Of a stretch of 64,000 nucleotides of DNA, positions 51,601 to 64,000 are shown in pieces. The stretch is from assembly GCA_013265495.1 (NCBI GenBank), contig MU058584.1, positions 3,476,508 to 3,540,507 on the forward strand, given 5' to 3'. Both the position numbers and the translations under genes were made by a program. The notes beneath the pieces are model-generated. The model was given only the letters and a program-made list of their open reading frames with translations. It had not been told where the DNA came from and did no database searches. Each line of letters begins with the position of its first letter. Position 1 is the stretch's first letter. The stretch is from Vicugna vicugna. Its lineage: Eukaryota.

Positions 51601-52809
51601 AATATGCATGTAGGTATTCATCTTAGATGGCTCGAGGTTAAGAAATTTGAGTGGAAGGGCTATTTGAAGAGATATGGGCAGGGTTAAAGCCACAGACAAG
51701 ATAGACTGAGGCACCCAGAGATTATCCACAGTGGGAGGCCATTCATGCTGAGGACTCAGGGGCAAGTGAAGGAGACTGTGGGACTGGAGTTCAGTGAGAG
51801 CCATCCGGAAGGCAGGATGGCCCCCCTGGAGCAGGAGCCTGAGAGGCAGGCAGCTCCTGCCAAGGGCTTGGGTGGGACAGGAGAGGGCTCTGTCTTCTCA
51901 CCCTCTGATCGTGCGCTGCTGACTGTGGCCAAATCCAGCAGAAGCCAGAGGGGTGGGGAGTCAGCTACCTGGTCCTAGAGCAGGCCAGAGGAGAGAGGAG
52001 AGTGGACCTGGGGAGAAAGACGGTTAAAAAATTAGGGAATACAGAAGCCGTACTCTGAGGGAAGTGCTGTATTTCACTGCTATAGAAAAAAACAAATTAC
52101 AAATGGAAACAATGATAAGGATGGACTGTTTGAACTTCACCCTTGCCTTTGTGTTCAGAGTATATTTTTCCCCTGCAGAGCAGGTGGCTCAGAGGTGAGC
52201 CAGCAGCCCAGTAAGTCCCCTGGGCTCAACCTGCAAAGCAGAGCTTGAGATTGTCAATTTAGTTCATGGATCTTGCCAGAAGTTTAGAAAAGAAAACACA
52301 AACAACTTTCCAACTTCCTATTTTTTTAATTGCTCATCTTAAAGCCATGCCTTTCCCTTTCTTCCTTCTCTTTTTATTTTTTTCTGAAAGAGAGCTTAGT
52401 TATTGACTAATTGTTAGTAGCATGTATTTGACGCTCTCCCCGGAGATTTTCCTCTTTGCTTGGTAACAGTCAGTCAGCCTGCTTCCCTCTCAGCAATCAT
52501 ATTAGCATCCAAGATGGTAAGATAAACAAGCTCATTAAGAAGGAGGCTGTTACATGAGGCAAACACCTTAGACTAATAAAGCCTGGCATCCTCTGTGGTA
52601 CACCCAGGGAACCAGTATTAGCTGCCTTGATAGCAGCCTGCATTTAAGAGAAAAGCCCAGAAGGCAGCCGGTTTATCCTGTAGAGTTATGCAGGCAGCCT
52701 CATCCATTTATGACACCGTGGGGAAATGCCAGGCCTACGTGCTCAGATGTACAATGTTTAGGTGGCATGATTATAGGAGGAACTTCTCACTCATTTGGGA
52801 GATTTTTTT

Positions 52810-52940
52810 TTCATTCATTCAACAAACATTTATTAGGCCCATATGACATGCACTGTGCTAGCTATTGGGTACAGAAAGATGAATAAGACACCTTCTCAGC
52901 CATGAAAAAGTTCATATTCTGCTGGGAGAGACTGGCTGAT
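52810..52940 (-). mobile_element. L2 3' end
   Basis: 'ttcattcattcaacaaacatttatt...cactgtgctag...agatgaataagaca'. Confidence 0.75.
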
Positions 52941-54117
52941 GGTGAAAAGGCCCAGGATCTAGAGAGTTAAATGCAATGACTGAGATTTGAGATGCCCAGA
53001 GCAAGCCTGTGGGAACGCAGAGGTATAATTAGCCCAATTGGGGCTGGGATACAGGATGGGAACAATTCTTTTGGACCTGTGGCTTTTCTTACATATTTCA
53101 AGGGGCGATGAATACAATATCCCATGTGAGGTTCTGTCTGAGAGCTTGATGGCTTAGTCTTTCCTTCCACCTGGAGACTAACTGAACTTGTAGGCAAAAT
53201 ATCTCACTAGAGATCCTATGGACTGATGCAAATTGGGAGGTGGTACCCACCTCCAGGCTGAAGCCATCCCAGAACTGGGTAGAGAGCCTCAGTGTGCATA
53301 TGGCATCCATGTGGGCTCAGGGCATCATGTACTGAATGTGTGGCTGAAGAAGTTAGGATCCCAGAGAGGGCAGGATGCTGGCGACTAACATGAGCTGAGA
53401 AGGTAGGTGCTTGAAATGGTTAAGATGAGATTTGTAGGTTTCTATATAAACTGGTCTGATTGAGGAGAAAGTTTGGAGGTGCAAGATCTACCTGGGCCTG
53501 TTTCAGGGGTGGCTAGGATATCTTTGACTTTGGAGAAGAGTCCCAGAGTAACTTCTCCATATTGGAAGAGCAGGGATATGTGAGGGAGAAACTGAATGTT
53601 TCTCAAGGGCATCTTACACACTCTGCAGCTCTAATTAATGTTTAGTTTATTTAATTTTCCATTATTCCCCTAAAGAAGTTTTTTTTTTCTTTTAAATCTC
53701 CATCTTAGAAAGGAACTTGAAGTTCCCATGAGCTTACAGAACTGGACCCAGTCACAGAGGAGGTAAGAGATGGGAGATTTTGAATCAAGAACTAGTTGAC
53801 ACTTCTTGCTCCATATTACACAGATCCTGTGCAGAGGATGAGCAGCCTCTTGGCTCAGTTTGCTTCCACGGTGGCTGCATTTAATAATGCCCTTGGAATA
53901 TCATTTGGTTGGCTGGTCAAGAGTGATAATGAGTCAGCATATTATTTAGCTGGCTTAGTGCGGGTACTCGGGATGGTTGAGACAGACCCATCAGGCACTG
54001 AAACACCAATGGGAAGCTAGTTAAGGAGGGAATAGCAATTCTCCAGGCCTCAGAGTCAATTTAGAAGAAAAAGAATTGTAAAACAGTCACGTTTTTGTGT
54101 ATTTTCACTTAATATAT

Positions 54118-54635
54118 TGTAATAGGAAAGAACGAATCTGACTCCATATTAGATCTGTTCTTTTAGCTCTAACCCTGTGCCCTGTTTCCTGTGCTCAGTC
54201 ATGCTGGTTCTGCATCTTTTGTAAAAGAATGTTGCCGGTACCCTGAAACATACAGGACAGCCTACTTGCAAGACTCTGACCTTTAAGGGCGTAACACTTT
54301 CCCATTCATATAAAGATAAAAAGTTGCAGAATAGAAAACAACATTTGTCTTGTTGGAGGTTTGCAGGGACAACACAACCTGACCCATGTCGACAGCTGCA
54401 AGAACAAAGGCTTCTGACACCAAGAAGTTTGCAACAACCAACCACACTTCCTCTTTTTAGTATAATAGGAGCCTGAATTCTGACTTGAGTAAGACGGTTA
54501 TCCAGAACATTAGTCTACCATCTTCTCAGTCTGCTGGCTTTCCGAATAAATTCGTTACTCCTTGCCCCCACCCCCTCGTCTTCCAATTTATTGGCCTATC
54601 CTTCGACGGGCAGTACAAGTTTGGACTCAGTAACA
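54118..54635 (+). mobile_element. ERV1-class solo LTR
   Basis: TGTAAT...TAACA termini, TATA-like 'tataat' at 54461, AATAAA at 54545, 3' end 'tttattggcct...gcagtacaagtttggactcagtaaca'; 4-bp flanks atat/atac. Confidence 0.8.
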
Positions 54636-55169
54636 ATACCAGCCTCAGAAGAAAACTAAGATTTTGGCTAATTTTTCTAGAGAACACTCTTTTTCATTTG
54701 TACCTTCCTAAGCTGAGATTTGTTCTCTTGGTTACTATAGAGGTCATGAGATTAGATCTTTTCCAGTAGTCACTGGATCTTAAAAAAATCCTTTTGGATC
54801 TCTTGTGAAAGGCATTGTGTCTATTTTTCCATAGCCACAGCACTGAGTGCATTTCCTGGTGGATACCGAATAAGTATTTGTTAAATTAATGAGTTCCAGA
54901 AACGCTAATGAAAAAAACCTATCAGTATGAGTTCACAAATGGTTCAGGGTAGGAAGAATGAGATCAGTGGAATCCAATATAAATTGTCCCAGATAGAAAT
55001 AGAAACGAGGCTTTGCTAGGTGCCCCTAATGTCTCCTCCTCATGCCCTCTTCACCTCTAAGTGGAGGTAGAGAGGCAAACACAGAAAAGAAGAAGAAGAA
55101 GAAAAAAAAACTCTGCTAAAAGGCAGGAAGTAATGAGCATCTCTCCATTTACTTAGATCTTCTTTTTTT

Positions 55170-56650
55170 TTCCCCTCAGTATTTTGCAATTTTTAGCACA
55201 CAGATTCTGTACATGTTTTGTTTAATTTATACCTGAGCAATTTCATTTGCTTTGGAGCAATTGCAAAGGGTATTGTGTTTTAAGTTTCTTACTATATAGA
55301 AATACAACTGATTTTTGTATATTAATCTTGAATTCTGTGATCTTGCTGAATGCATTCATTAGTTCTAGGTGTGTTGTATATCCCTTGGGATTTTCTATGT
55401 ATATAATCCTGTGATCTGTGAATAGGGACAGTTTTAGTTCTTCCTTTTCAACCTGTGAGCCTTTCTTTCTTTTTCTTGCCATATTGCACTTGTTAGGACT
55501 TAGAATATGATGTTAGTAGGAATCATGAGTGTCAGACATATTTTCCTTGTTCCTGATCTTAGAGAAAAAGCCCTTAGACTTTCATCATTGTATACCACAT
55601 TAATTGTAAGTATTTTTTGTAGACTCCATTTATCAAGTTAAGGGCATTCCTTTCCATTCCTAGTTTGCTAAGAGTTTTTATTAAGCATGGGTAACAAATT
55701 TTGTCAGATGCTGCTTCTGCATCTGTTGAAGTAATCATATGACTTTTCTTCCTTAGTTTATTAATATGGTAGACTGAGTTGCTATATTTTTTTTAATGTT
55801 GAACCAATTTTACATTCCTGGGATAAACTCTTTCTGGTCCTGATATATTATCCTTTTCATACTTTGCTGGAATTGATTTGCTAATATTTTGTTGAGGATT
55901 TTTTGTGTCAGGTTATGAGGTATGTTAGTATGTGATTTCTTATAATATTTTTGTCTGGTTTTGAAATCAGTATAATTCTGGCCTTCTAATATGAGTTGGG
56001 AAGTACCACACTTCTCCAGATTTTTGGAAGACATTGTATAAAATTGACATAATGTCTTCCCTAAATGTTTACTAGAATTCACCAAGTTAGCTATCAGAGC
56101 ATGGAGTTTCTTTGTTGGGAAGGTTTTTAACTACAAAATCAATTTATTTAATAAAGATAGGATTATTTAGATTAACTAATGTTTTTAATGTGATTTGGTA
56201 GTTTTCATCTTTCAAAGAATTGGTTTATTTCATTAAAAGTTTCAAAATTATGGGTATAAAATTGTCAGTCTTCCCTTATTACCATTTCAGTCTATGTGGA
56301 AACTGCTGTGATTCTCCCCCTTTCACTCCTGATTTTGGTAATTTGCATTTAATTTTACTTCTTGGTTAGTGTGACTAGAAATTTATCAACTTTATTGGTC
56401 TTAAAGAACAATTGTTTGGTTTCATTGATTCTTTCTATTGTTTTCTCATTTTAATTTCATTGGTTTCTGTCTTTATTATTTCCTTCATTTTGCTTGCTTT
56501 GGGTTCAATTTTCAGTTTGCTCTTTTTTTTTTATTTCTTAAGGTGGAAGCTTATGTAATTTGAGACTTCTATTCTTTTCTATATAAGTATTTAACACTTT
56601 AAAATTCCCTGGAAGGATTGCTTTAGGTACATCCCACACTTTTGGACATT
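55170..56650 (-). mobile_element. Old L1M ORF2 (RT region) fragment
   Basis: Minus-strand ORFs give L1 RT motifs (KEELKLSLFTDHRIIYIENPK; KILNKILANQFQQSMKRIIYQDQKEFIPGM) with many stops. Confidence 0.9.
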
Positions 56651-56831
56651 TTTTTTCTCTTACAGTTTTTGCTGTTTATTCTTGCTACCCAGTTCCACAT
56701 TTGGGGCCACCTTTGGGTCAAAGCTGAGAAACAAAAGAGGAAAAATATCCAAAAAGTTCTCCTGGTTATTCTTTAAGTTTTGACTTCCCAACCTAATACA
56801 GATGCTACTGTGTACTTTTAAAAATATTTTT

Positions 56832-58168
56832 AGTCTCTTCAGCAAATGATGTTGGGAAAACTGGACAGCAGCATGTAAAACAATGAAGCTAGAACACTCC
56901 CTTACAACACACACAAAAATAAACTCAAAATGGATCAAAGACTTAAACATAAGATACAATAAACCTCCTAGAAGAAAATATAGGCAAAACATTATCTGAC
57001 ATACATCTCAAAAATGTTCTCCTAGAACAGCCTACTCAAGCAATAGAAATAAAAGCAAGAATCAACAAATGAGACCTAATGAAACTTACAAGGTTCTGAA
57101 CAGCAAAGGGAACTATAAATAAAACAAAAAGACAACCTGAGGAATGGGAGAAAATTTTTGCAAATGAAACTGACAAAGACTTGATCTCCAGAATATATAA
57201 GCAGCTCATACGACTTAATAAGAAAAAAACAAACAACCCAATCCAAAAATGGGCAGATCTAAACAAGCAATTCTCCAAGGAAGACATACAAATGATCAAT
57301 AGGCACATGAAAAAGTGCTCTATATCACTAATTATCAGAGAATTGCAAATCGAAACTACAATGAGGTATCACCTCACACCAGTCAGAATGGCCATCATTC
57401 AAAAGTCCACAAATGACAAATGCTGGAGAGGCTGTGGAGAAAAGGGAACCCTCCTACACTGCTGATGGGAATGTAGTTTGGTGCAACCACTGTGGAAAAC
57501 AGTATGGAGATTCCTCAAAAGACTAGGAATAGACTTACCATATGACCCAGGAATCCCGCTCCTGGGCATATATCCAGAAGGAACCCTACTCCAAAATGAC
57601 ACCTGCACCCCGATGTTCATAGCAGCACTATTTACAATAGCCAAGACTTGGAAACAGCCTAAGTGTCCACCAACAGATGACTGGATAAAGAAGAAGTGGT
57701 ATATTTATACAATGGAATACTATTCAGCCATAAAAACCAACAACATAACATGATTTGCAGCAACATGGATGTCCCTGGAGAATGTCATTCTAAGTGAAGT
57801 AAGCCAGAAAGAGAAGGGAAAATACTATATGAGATCACTCATATGTGGGATCTAAAAAACAAACAAACAACAAACAAAACATAAGTACAAAACAGAAATA
57901 GGCTCATAGACATAGAATACAAACTTGTGGTTGCCAAGGGGTGGGGGTGGGAGGGGATAGACTGGGAGTTCAAAATGTAGAGTAGATAAACGAGATTATA
58001 CTGTATGGCATAGGGAAATATATACAAGATCTTATGGTAGCTCACAAAGAAAAATACGTGACAATGAATATATATATATGTTCATGTATAACTGAAAAAT
58101 TGTGCTCTGCACTGAAATTTGGCACAACATTGTAAAATGATTATAAATCAATAAAAAATGTTAAAAAA
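56832..58168 (+). mobile_element. Young 5'-truncated L1 (ORF2 C-terminal part and 3' UTR), defective
   Basis: ORFs 57181..57465 and 57478..57753 encode the L1 ORF2 C-terminus ([49 protein letters not shown]) with premature stops; 3' UTR and AATAAA follow. Confidence 0.95.
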
Positions 58169-60657
58169 TTTTAATGAATTTTGGGGGGATGCTAGTGGAT
58201 ACTTTTCAGAGTCTTCAGGTAATTGGGTTTTTTTGGGGGGGTTGTTTCTACTGTGCTCAAATTTTCATTGTAATCAGTTGGGGAGATGAACTGTGGTAGG
58301 CTAACTCTATGTCGGCTTCTGAAATCCTGTCTGATTTTGAGATTCCATCAGATACCAGTAGAAAGCTGTATATTAAAAGTCCTTCTGGGACTAGACCCAT
58401 GCTTTAACTGCCCCACTGCCACCACCACCACCTGAGGAAAGGGGGCAGGAAATGAGACTTGGAAGATGTCCTCTATTCTCTAAGGAAAGCAGCTGCCACT
58501 TATACATTCAAAAGGAATAGAAACTCCCAGGCCACTTTTATACTAGGAGAATGATGCAAAGCTGGTTTCTGCCCTGTTGAGCTCACAGCTGAGAAGCTCT
58601 GGACAGTGAGTGAAGATGAAGGAGTAAGAGGAAGTACCCCAGAGCAAACACTCTTCATCTGTGTGTACCCAAGTCCAATTGATATCTCTCCTCTTTTCAT
58701 TCTCTTGCTATTCTTTCCCTCTCTCTTCCTTTTTCCTCATCCCTCTGGGGCACGAATTGTGTAGACAGTGGTCTCAAACATGGTCACTGTACATCTCTAT
58801 AATTAAAGATAACTTTAAGGGCTCACCACAGACACAAACATACACACACACATTACATAATTGTAGCAAATCTATCTATAATGCTTATTATGTGTACTAG
58901 CCACACAGAATAAGTTTCTAAGCACTTTTACAAAATTAAATACTGTTAATCAATTAAATAATGATGAATGAAGTTTAATTTTCTTCTTTTTTTAGATAAA
59001 GTACACATTAATAGAAATTCTAGTATTTTCTTCTCACACCCCTTTGAGGCATCTTGCACACCTGGGTTGCATGCATTCCCCACTTTTGAGACCATTGATT
59101 TAATCCACCCACTCGGAATGGATTGATAATGAGTCTTGTATTATTTATTGAGCACTGCTATGTGTCAGGTACCTCTTTATCACAGATAGGAAACTAAGAT
59201 TCAAAAAGGGATTTAGTGACTTGCTAATAAGTTACTGGTACATGATGCATGGTCATGCTAATAGTAAACAATAGAGTTAGGTCTTCAACCTCTAGTCATT
59301 CAGTTCTCTTTTACCGCAATTCCCCAGAAATGGGACTTTCTACAGCCAATCAGGGTCCTATTAAGAGGGAAGTAGGGTATGTGTGTTGGATGGGAGGAGG
59401 TGGGCGGTAATGAGAAGAGGTGGGGCACAGGGGTGCAGTTATTCTGAGAGTCACCCTCATAGGAGGTAGGAGCACCAGATCCGCTGAGAGGGTCATGAAT
59501 CCCAGGTCGGAGAAGGAAGTCCTCTTCTCCCTCCCTCTCCCCGAAGTCGACATCTCCATCTTCCTTCCAGTGTAGCACCAGAGGGACAGGTGGCTTCTCC
59601 CATCACAAACCGCCTCTTCCTCTCCCCCTTTTCTCCCTGCCAACACCTATCAGCTCTCAGCAGCCTCCTCAGTTCCAAGCTGTTCCTTGCAATTCACTGA
59701 TGAAATTCCTGTTTCTTTTGTAATTGTATTTTTACATGGTTCATGCTCTGATTCCAACCTTAAATCCAATCTTTGCAGAAGGACTATCACAGGGTGACAA
59801 GCTCCTTTCTGCTTGTCTCATTACTGAAACATTTATTCAGGGCTTCTTGGATGACATGAATGGCTGCCTTTGAGTGCTGCGATGACTTAATACACTACAA
59901 CCGAAGGATTTAATTTCCTCTTCTGGTCTCCTTACTTTAGCTCCCTACCTGAGTTTCTCCCTTATTTTGGATGCACAGCTGTGGCGGGGTTATCAGTGTT
60001 CCCTTGGGCCTATTCTAGACTCAGAGCCTGGGGCGTAGATCATAGAAGGCGCCTTCAGCCCTGGGCCTGTATGGTTTGTCCAGATTCTGGCCAACTGGTT
60101 TCCTCATCATGGTGCCTGCTGCCTACAAAAGCAGCTAAAAAATAAAATGGAGATGAAAGTTCTCAGGAAGGGCGGGGCATGATGAGAGCTTCAGTTTTCT
60201 TGGGGGTCCTGGCAAGGGATTGACATCCAGGATACTTTATGAATTTCGGTAGAACAGTTGAGAAATATGCTGGACTCATCAGGGACCCCATGTATGAAAG
60301 CAGGGCCATGAGGGAGAAACCATGATGAAGAGACAAGCATGATCTGGAGATGACACAAGAAATGAAGAATTCCAGACAGACACTTTCCTGCGGGTTTTTG
60401 TAAGGGGGCAAAATATCACTCAGGAGATGAGCACAGTGGGACGCTGAAGGAGATTTTTCCTTTTGTTCCAGAATAGGACCCAAAGAAGACAACATGCAAG
60501 ATCAAGTGTTGGTACATTCTTAAGAGTCAGAAACAATTACAGCCAGACACCTCTTAAGGCTTAAGAAAAGGCAGGCTGTCCTTGCTCAAACATTACTTGT
60601 TTATTGAACAATTTGAACTCAACAACATATAAACATCAAACAAGTTTTTTTTCTGAT
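58095..60657 (+). repeat. Copy 1 of a 2,563-bp tandem duplication
   Basis: Repeated at offset +2564; six ORFs in the track recur identically at that offset. Confidence 0.97.
58766..59097 (-). mobile_element. MER113-like hAT-Charlie MITE
   Basis: Terminal inverted repeats CAGTGGTCTCAAA / TTTGAGACCATTG; internal sequence resembles MER113. Confidence 0.65.
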
Positions 60658-60658
60658 A

Positions 60659-63221
60659 AAAAATTGTGCTCTGCACTGAAATTTGGCACAACATTGTAAA
60701 ATGATTATAAATCAATAAAAAATGTTAAAAAATTTTAATGAATTTTGGGGGGATGCTAGTGGATACTTTTCAGAGTCTTCAGGTAATTGGGTTTTTTTGG
60801 GGGGGTTGTTTCTACTGTGCTCAAATTTTCATTGTAATCAGTTGGGGAGATGAACTGTGGTAGGCTAACTCTATGTCGGCTTCTGAAATCCTGTCTGATT
60901 TTGAGATTCCATCAGATACCAGTAGAAAGCTGTATATTAAAAGTCCTTCTGGGACTAGACCCATGCTTTAACTGCCCCACTGCCACCACCACCACCTGAG
61001 GAAAGGGGGCAGGAAATGAGACTTGGAAGATGTCCTCTATTCTCTAAGGAAAGCAGCTGCCACTTATACATTCAAAAGGAATAGAAACTCCCAGGCCACT
61101 TTTATACTAGGAGAATGATGCAAAGCTGGTTTCTGCCCTGTTGAGCTCACAGCTGAGAAGCTCTGGACAGTGAGTGAAGATGAAGGAGTAAGAGGAAGTA
61201 CCCCAGAGCAAACACTCTTCATCTGTGTGTACCCAAGTCCAATTGATATCTCTCCTCTTTTCATTCTCTTGCTATTCTTTCCCTCTCTCTTCCTTTTTCC
61301 TCATCCCTCTGGGGCACGAATTGTGTAGACAGTGGTCTCAAACATGGTCACTGTACATCTCTATAATTAAAGATAACTTTAAGGGCTCACCACAGACACA
61401 AACATACACACACACATTACATAATTGTAGCAAATCTATCTATAATGCTTATTATGTGTACTAGCCACACAGAATAAGTTTCTAAGCACTTTTACAAAAT
61501 TAAATACTGTTAATCAATTAAATAATGATGAATGAAGTTTAATTTTCTTCTTTTTTTAGATAAAGTACACATTAATAGAAATTCTAGTATTTTCTTCTCA
61601 CACCCCTTTGAGGCATCTTGCACACCTGGGTTGCATGCATTCCCCACTTTTGAGACCATTGATTTAATCCACCCACTCGGAATGGATTGATAATGAGTCT
61701 TGTATTATTTATTGAGCACTGCTATGTGTCAGGTACCTCTTTATCACAGATAGGAAACTAAGATTCAAAAAGGGATTTAGTGACTTGCTAATAAGTTACT
61801 GGTACATGATGCATGGTCATGCTAATAGTAAACAATAGAGTTAGGTCTTCAACCTCTAGTCATTCAGTTCTCTTTTACCGCAATTCCCCAGAAATGGGAC
61901 TTTCTACAGCCAATCAGGGTCCTATTAAGAGGGAAGTAGGGTATGTGTGTTGGATGGGAGGAGGTGGGCGGTAATGAGAAGAGGTGGGGCACAGGGGTGC
62001 AGTTATTCTGAGAGTCACCCTCATAGGAGGTAGGAGCACCAGATCCGCTGAGAGGGTCATGAATCCCAGGTCGGAGAAGGAAGTCCTCTTCTCCCTCCCT
62101 CTCCCCGAAGTCGACATCTCCATCTTCCTTCCAGTGTAGCACCAGAGGGACAGGTGGCTTCTCCCATCACAAACCGCCTCTTCCTCTCCCCCTTTTCTCC
62201 CTGCCAACACCTATCAGCTCTCAGCAGCCTCCTCAGTTCCAAGCTGTTCCTTGCAATTCACTGATGAAATTCCTGTTTCTTTTGTAATTGTATTTTTACA
62301 TGGTTCATGCTCTGATTCCAACCTTAAATCCAATCTTTGCAGAAGGACTATCACAGGGTGACAAGCTCCTTTCTGCTTGTCTCATTACTGAAACATTTAT
62401 TCAGGGCTTCTTGGATGACATGAATGGCTGCCTTTGAGTGCTGCGATGACTTAATACACTACAACCGAAGGATTTAATTTCCTCTTCTGGTCTCCTTACT
62501 TTAGCTCCCTACCTGAGTTTCTCCCTTATTTTGGATGCACAGCTGTGGCGGGGTTATCAGTGTTCCCTTGGGCCTATTCTAGACTCAGAGCCTGGGGCGT
62601 AGATCATAGAAGGCGCCTTCAGCCCTGGGCCTGTATGGTTTGTCCAGATTCTGGCCAACTGGTTTCCTCATCATGGTGCCTGCTGCCTACAAAAGCAGCT
62701 AAAAAATAAAATGGAGATGAAAGTTCTCAGGAAGGGCGGGGCATGATGAGAGCTTCAGTTTTCTTGGGGGTCCTGGCAAGGGATTGACATCCAGGATACT
62801 TTATGAATTTCGGTAGAACAGTTGAGAAATATGCTGGACTCATCAGGGACCCCATGTATGAAAGCAGGGCCATGAGGGAGAAACCATGATGAAGAGACAA
62901 GCATGATCTGGAGATGACACAAGAAATGAAGAATTCCAGACAGACACTTTCCTGCGGGTTTTTGTAAGGGGGCAAAATATCACTCAGGAGATGAGCACAG
63001 TGGGACGCTGAAGGAGATTTTTCCTTTTGTTCCAGAATAGGACCCAAAGAAGACAACATGCAAGATCAAGTGTTGGTACATTCTTAAGAGTCAGAAACAA
63101 TTACAGCCAGACACCTCTTAAGGCTTAAGAAAAGGCAGGCTGTCCTTGCTCAAACATTACTTGTTTATTGAACAATTTGAACTCAACAACATATAAACAT
63201 CAAACAAGTTTTTTTTCTGAT
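60659..63221 (+). repeat. Copy 2 of the 2,563-bp tandem duplication
   Basis: Starts 'aaaaattgtgctctgcactg' (L1 3' UTR), ends 'caagttttttttctgat'; one extra A at 60658. Confidence 0.97.
61330..61661 (-). mobile_element. Duplicate of the MER113-like MITE
   Basis: Same sequence as 58766-59097, offset +2564. Confidence 0.65.
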
Positions 63222-64000
63222 CATTGTCTTTAATTCTGCTCTGTTGAATCTCCCTTTCTTTCCCTTTCTTGATCTCTCAGGCAAACCCCACAGTTTTCTA
63301 GTCATTTTCAATTATTAAAAAGTAGAAGCCAGTCCAATTTAAGATGCCCATCCCCTCTTCTCCCCTCTCTCCAGCTCAGGTTTGATTTATGCCCCTAATA
63401 ACTTAGAGGGGGGAAAAGCCTTATTCTCTCTTCCTATCCCAGTTCCAGCTTAATTGGGATTGAAAATTCAGAGGCAGGAATAAGAGAGACAGCAAGGGTC
63501 AGCCTAGTTTGCAGAGCATTGTACATAGAATGACCTTGGAATCGGTGAGTTTAGAGACAGACCAAGCCGTAAGGGATATCCAGAATTCAATTGCTTATTA
63601 ATTAATTAACAGGCCTGATTAGCTCTTACAGGTGTTAAGAGTTTTGTGGCCTAAGAGATAGAAAAAACTAAGCAAGAATCCATATAAATATCTTAAGGGC
63701 CAAATAAATACAAATCCAGTCAAGTGAAGAAGCAGGTATTTGGAGGGTTCAGAATTCCATGAGTGACCTGGGGCCTGGATGGTGTGGACTCCAAGAGCTA
63801 TGTACCCTTGCCCCTAAAACTGATCATCTTTCAGCCTCACCAGTTGAGAAGGTATCCTTCAAAGCTGTTGGATGACCAAATTATTTTATTAGTGAAAAAG
63901 TACTTTTTAGCCCCAAGATTGAGAATTAAGTATACAGATGATTAAGAGAATTTAACTCATAGTATAATATTTTTATAAGGAATCTGTATATATTTATATT

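Noticed and set aside
52165..52216. Micro-exon (cccctgcag|AG...GAG|gtgagc)
   Set aside because: Only ~16 nt with no supporting neighbouring exon; such motifs are common by chance.
56832..58168. Active L1
   Set aside because: 5'-truncated, with in-frame stops and frameshifts.
60659..63221. Copy 2 as an L1 3' transduction, since it begins with an L1 tail
   Set aside because: No poly(A) at its 3' end, no TSD, and it sits head-to-tail with the source; this fits a DNA-level duplication or assembly overlap.
1..64000. The many short ORFs in the six-frame track as genes
   Set aside because: All are under 150 aa, many start at non-ATG codons, overlap on both strands and lie in repeats. Only L1 ORF2 pieces and the env remnant resemble known proteins.

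Overview
Mammalian genomic DNA, intergenic or deep intronic, with no recognisable protein-coding gene, RNA gene or CRISPR array. The young LINE-1 3' UTRs resemble camelid (alpaca/camel) L1 as I recall it; this is an inference. Much of the window is interspersed repeats: ancient MIR, L2, MER5A, MER58A and MER113-like elements, ERVL/MaLR and ERV1 LTRs, an ERV1 internal segment with an env remnant and 3' LTR, old L1M/HAL1-like fragments, and several young L1 3' ends with target-site duplications (TSDs). Almost all ORFs in the track are spurious, apart from L1 ORF2 fragments and the env remnant. The notable structures are: (1) an apparently perfect 2,564-bp-period tandem duplication (58095-63221) whose left breakpoint lies in an L1 3' UTR; (2) a ~228-bp, ~86% identical inverted duplication (24373-24600 / 25968-26196); (3) a TSD-bounded L1 made of an inverted endonuclease-domain fragment fused directly to the 3' tail; (4) a ~115-bp L1 with a short 3' transduction; (5) a candidate 220-bp exon and several enhancer-like unique blocks. 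I cannot support a new gene system here. Repeat family names come from recall of consensus sequences, and boundaries without TSDs or terminal repeats are approximate.
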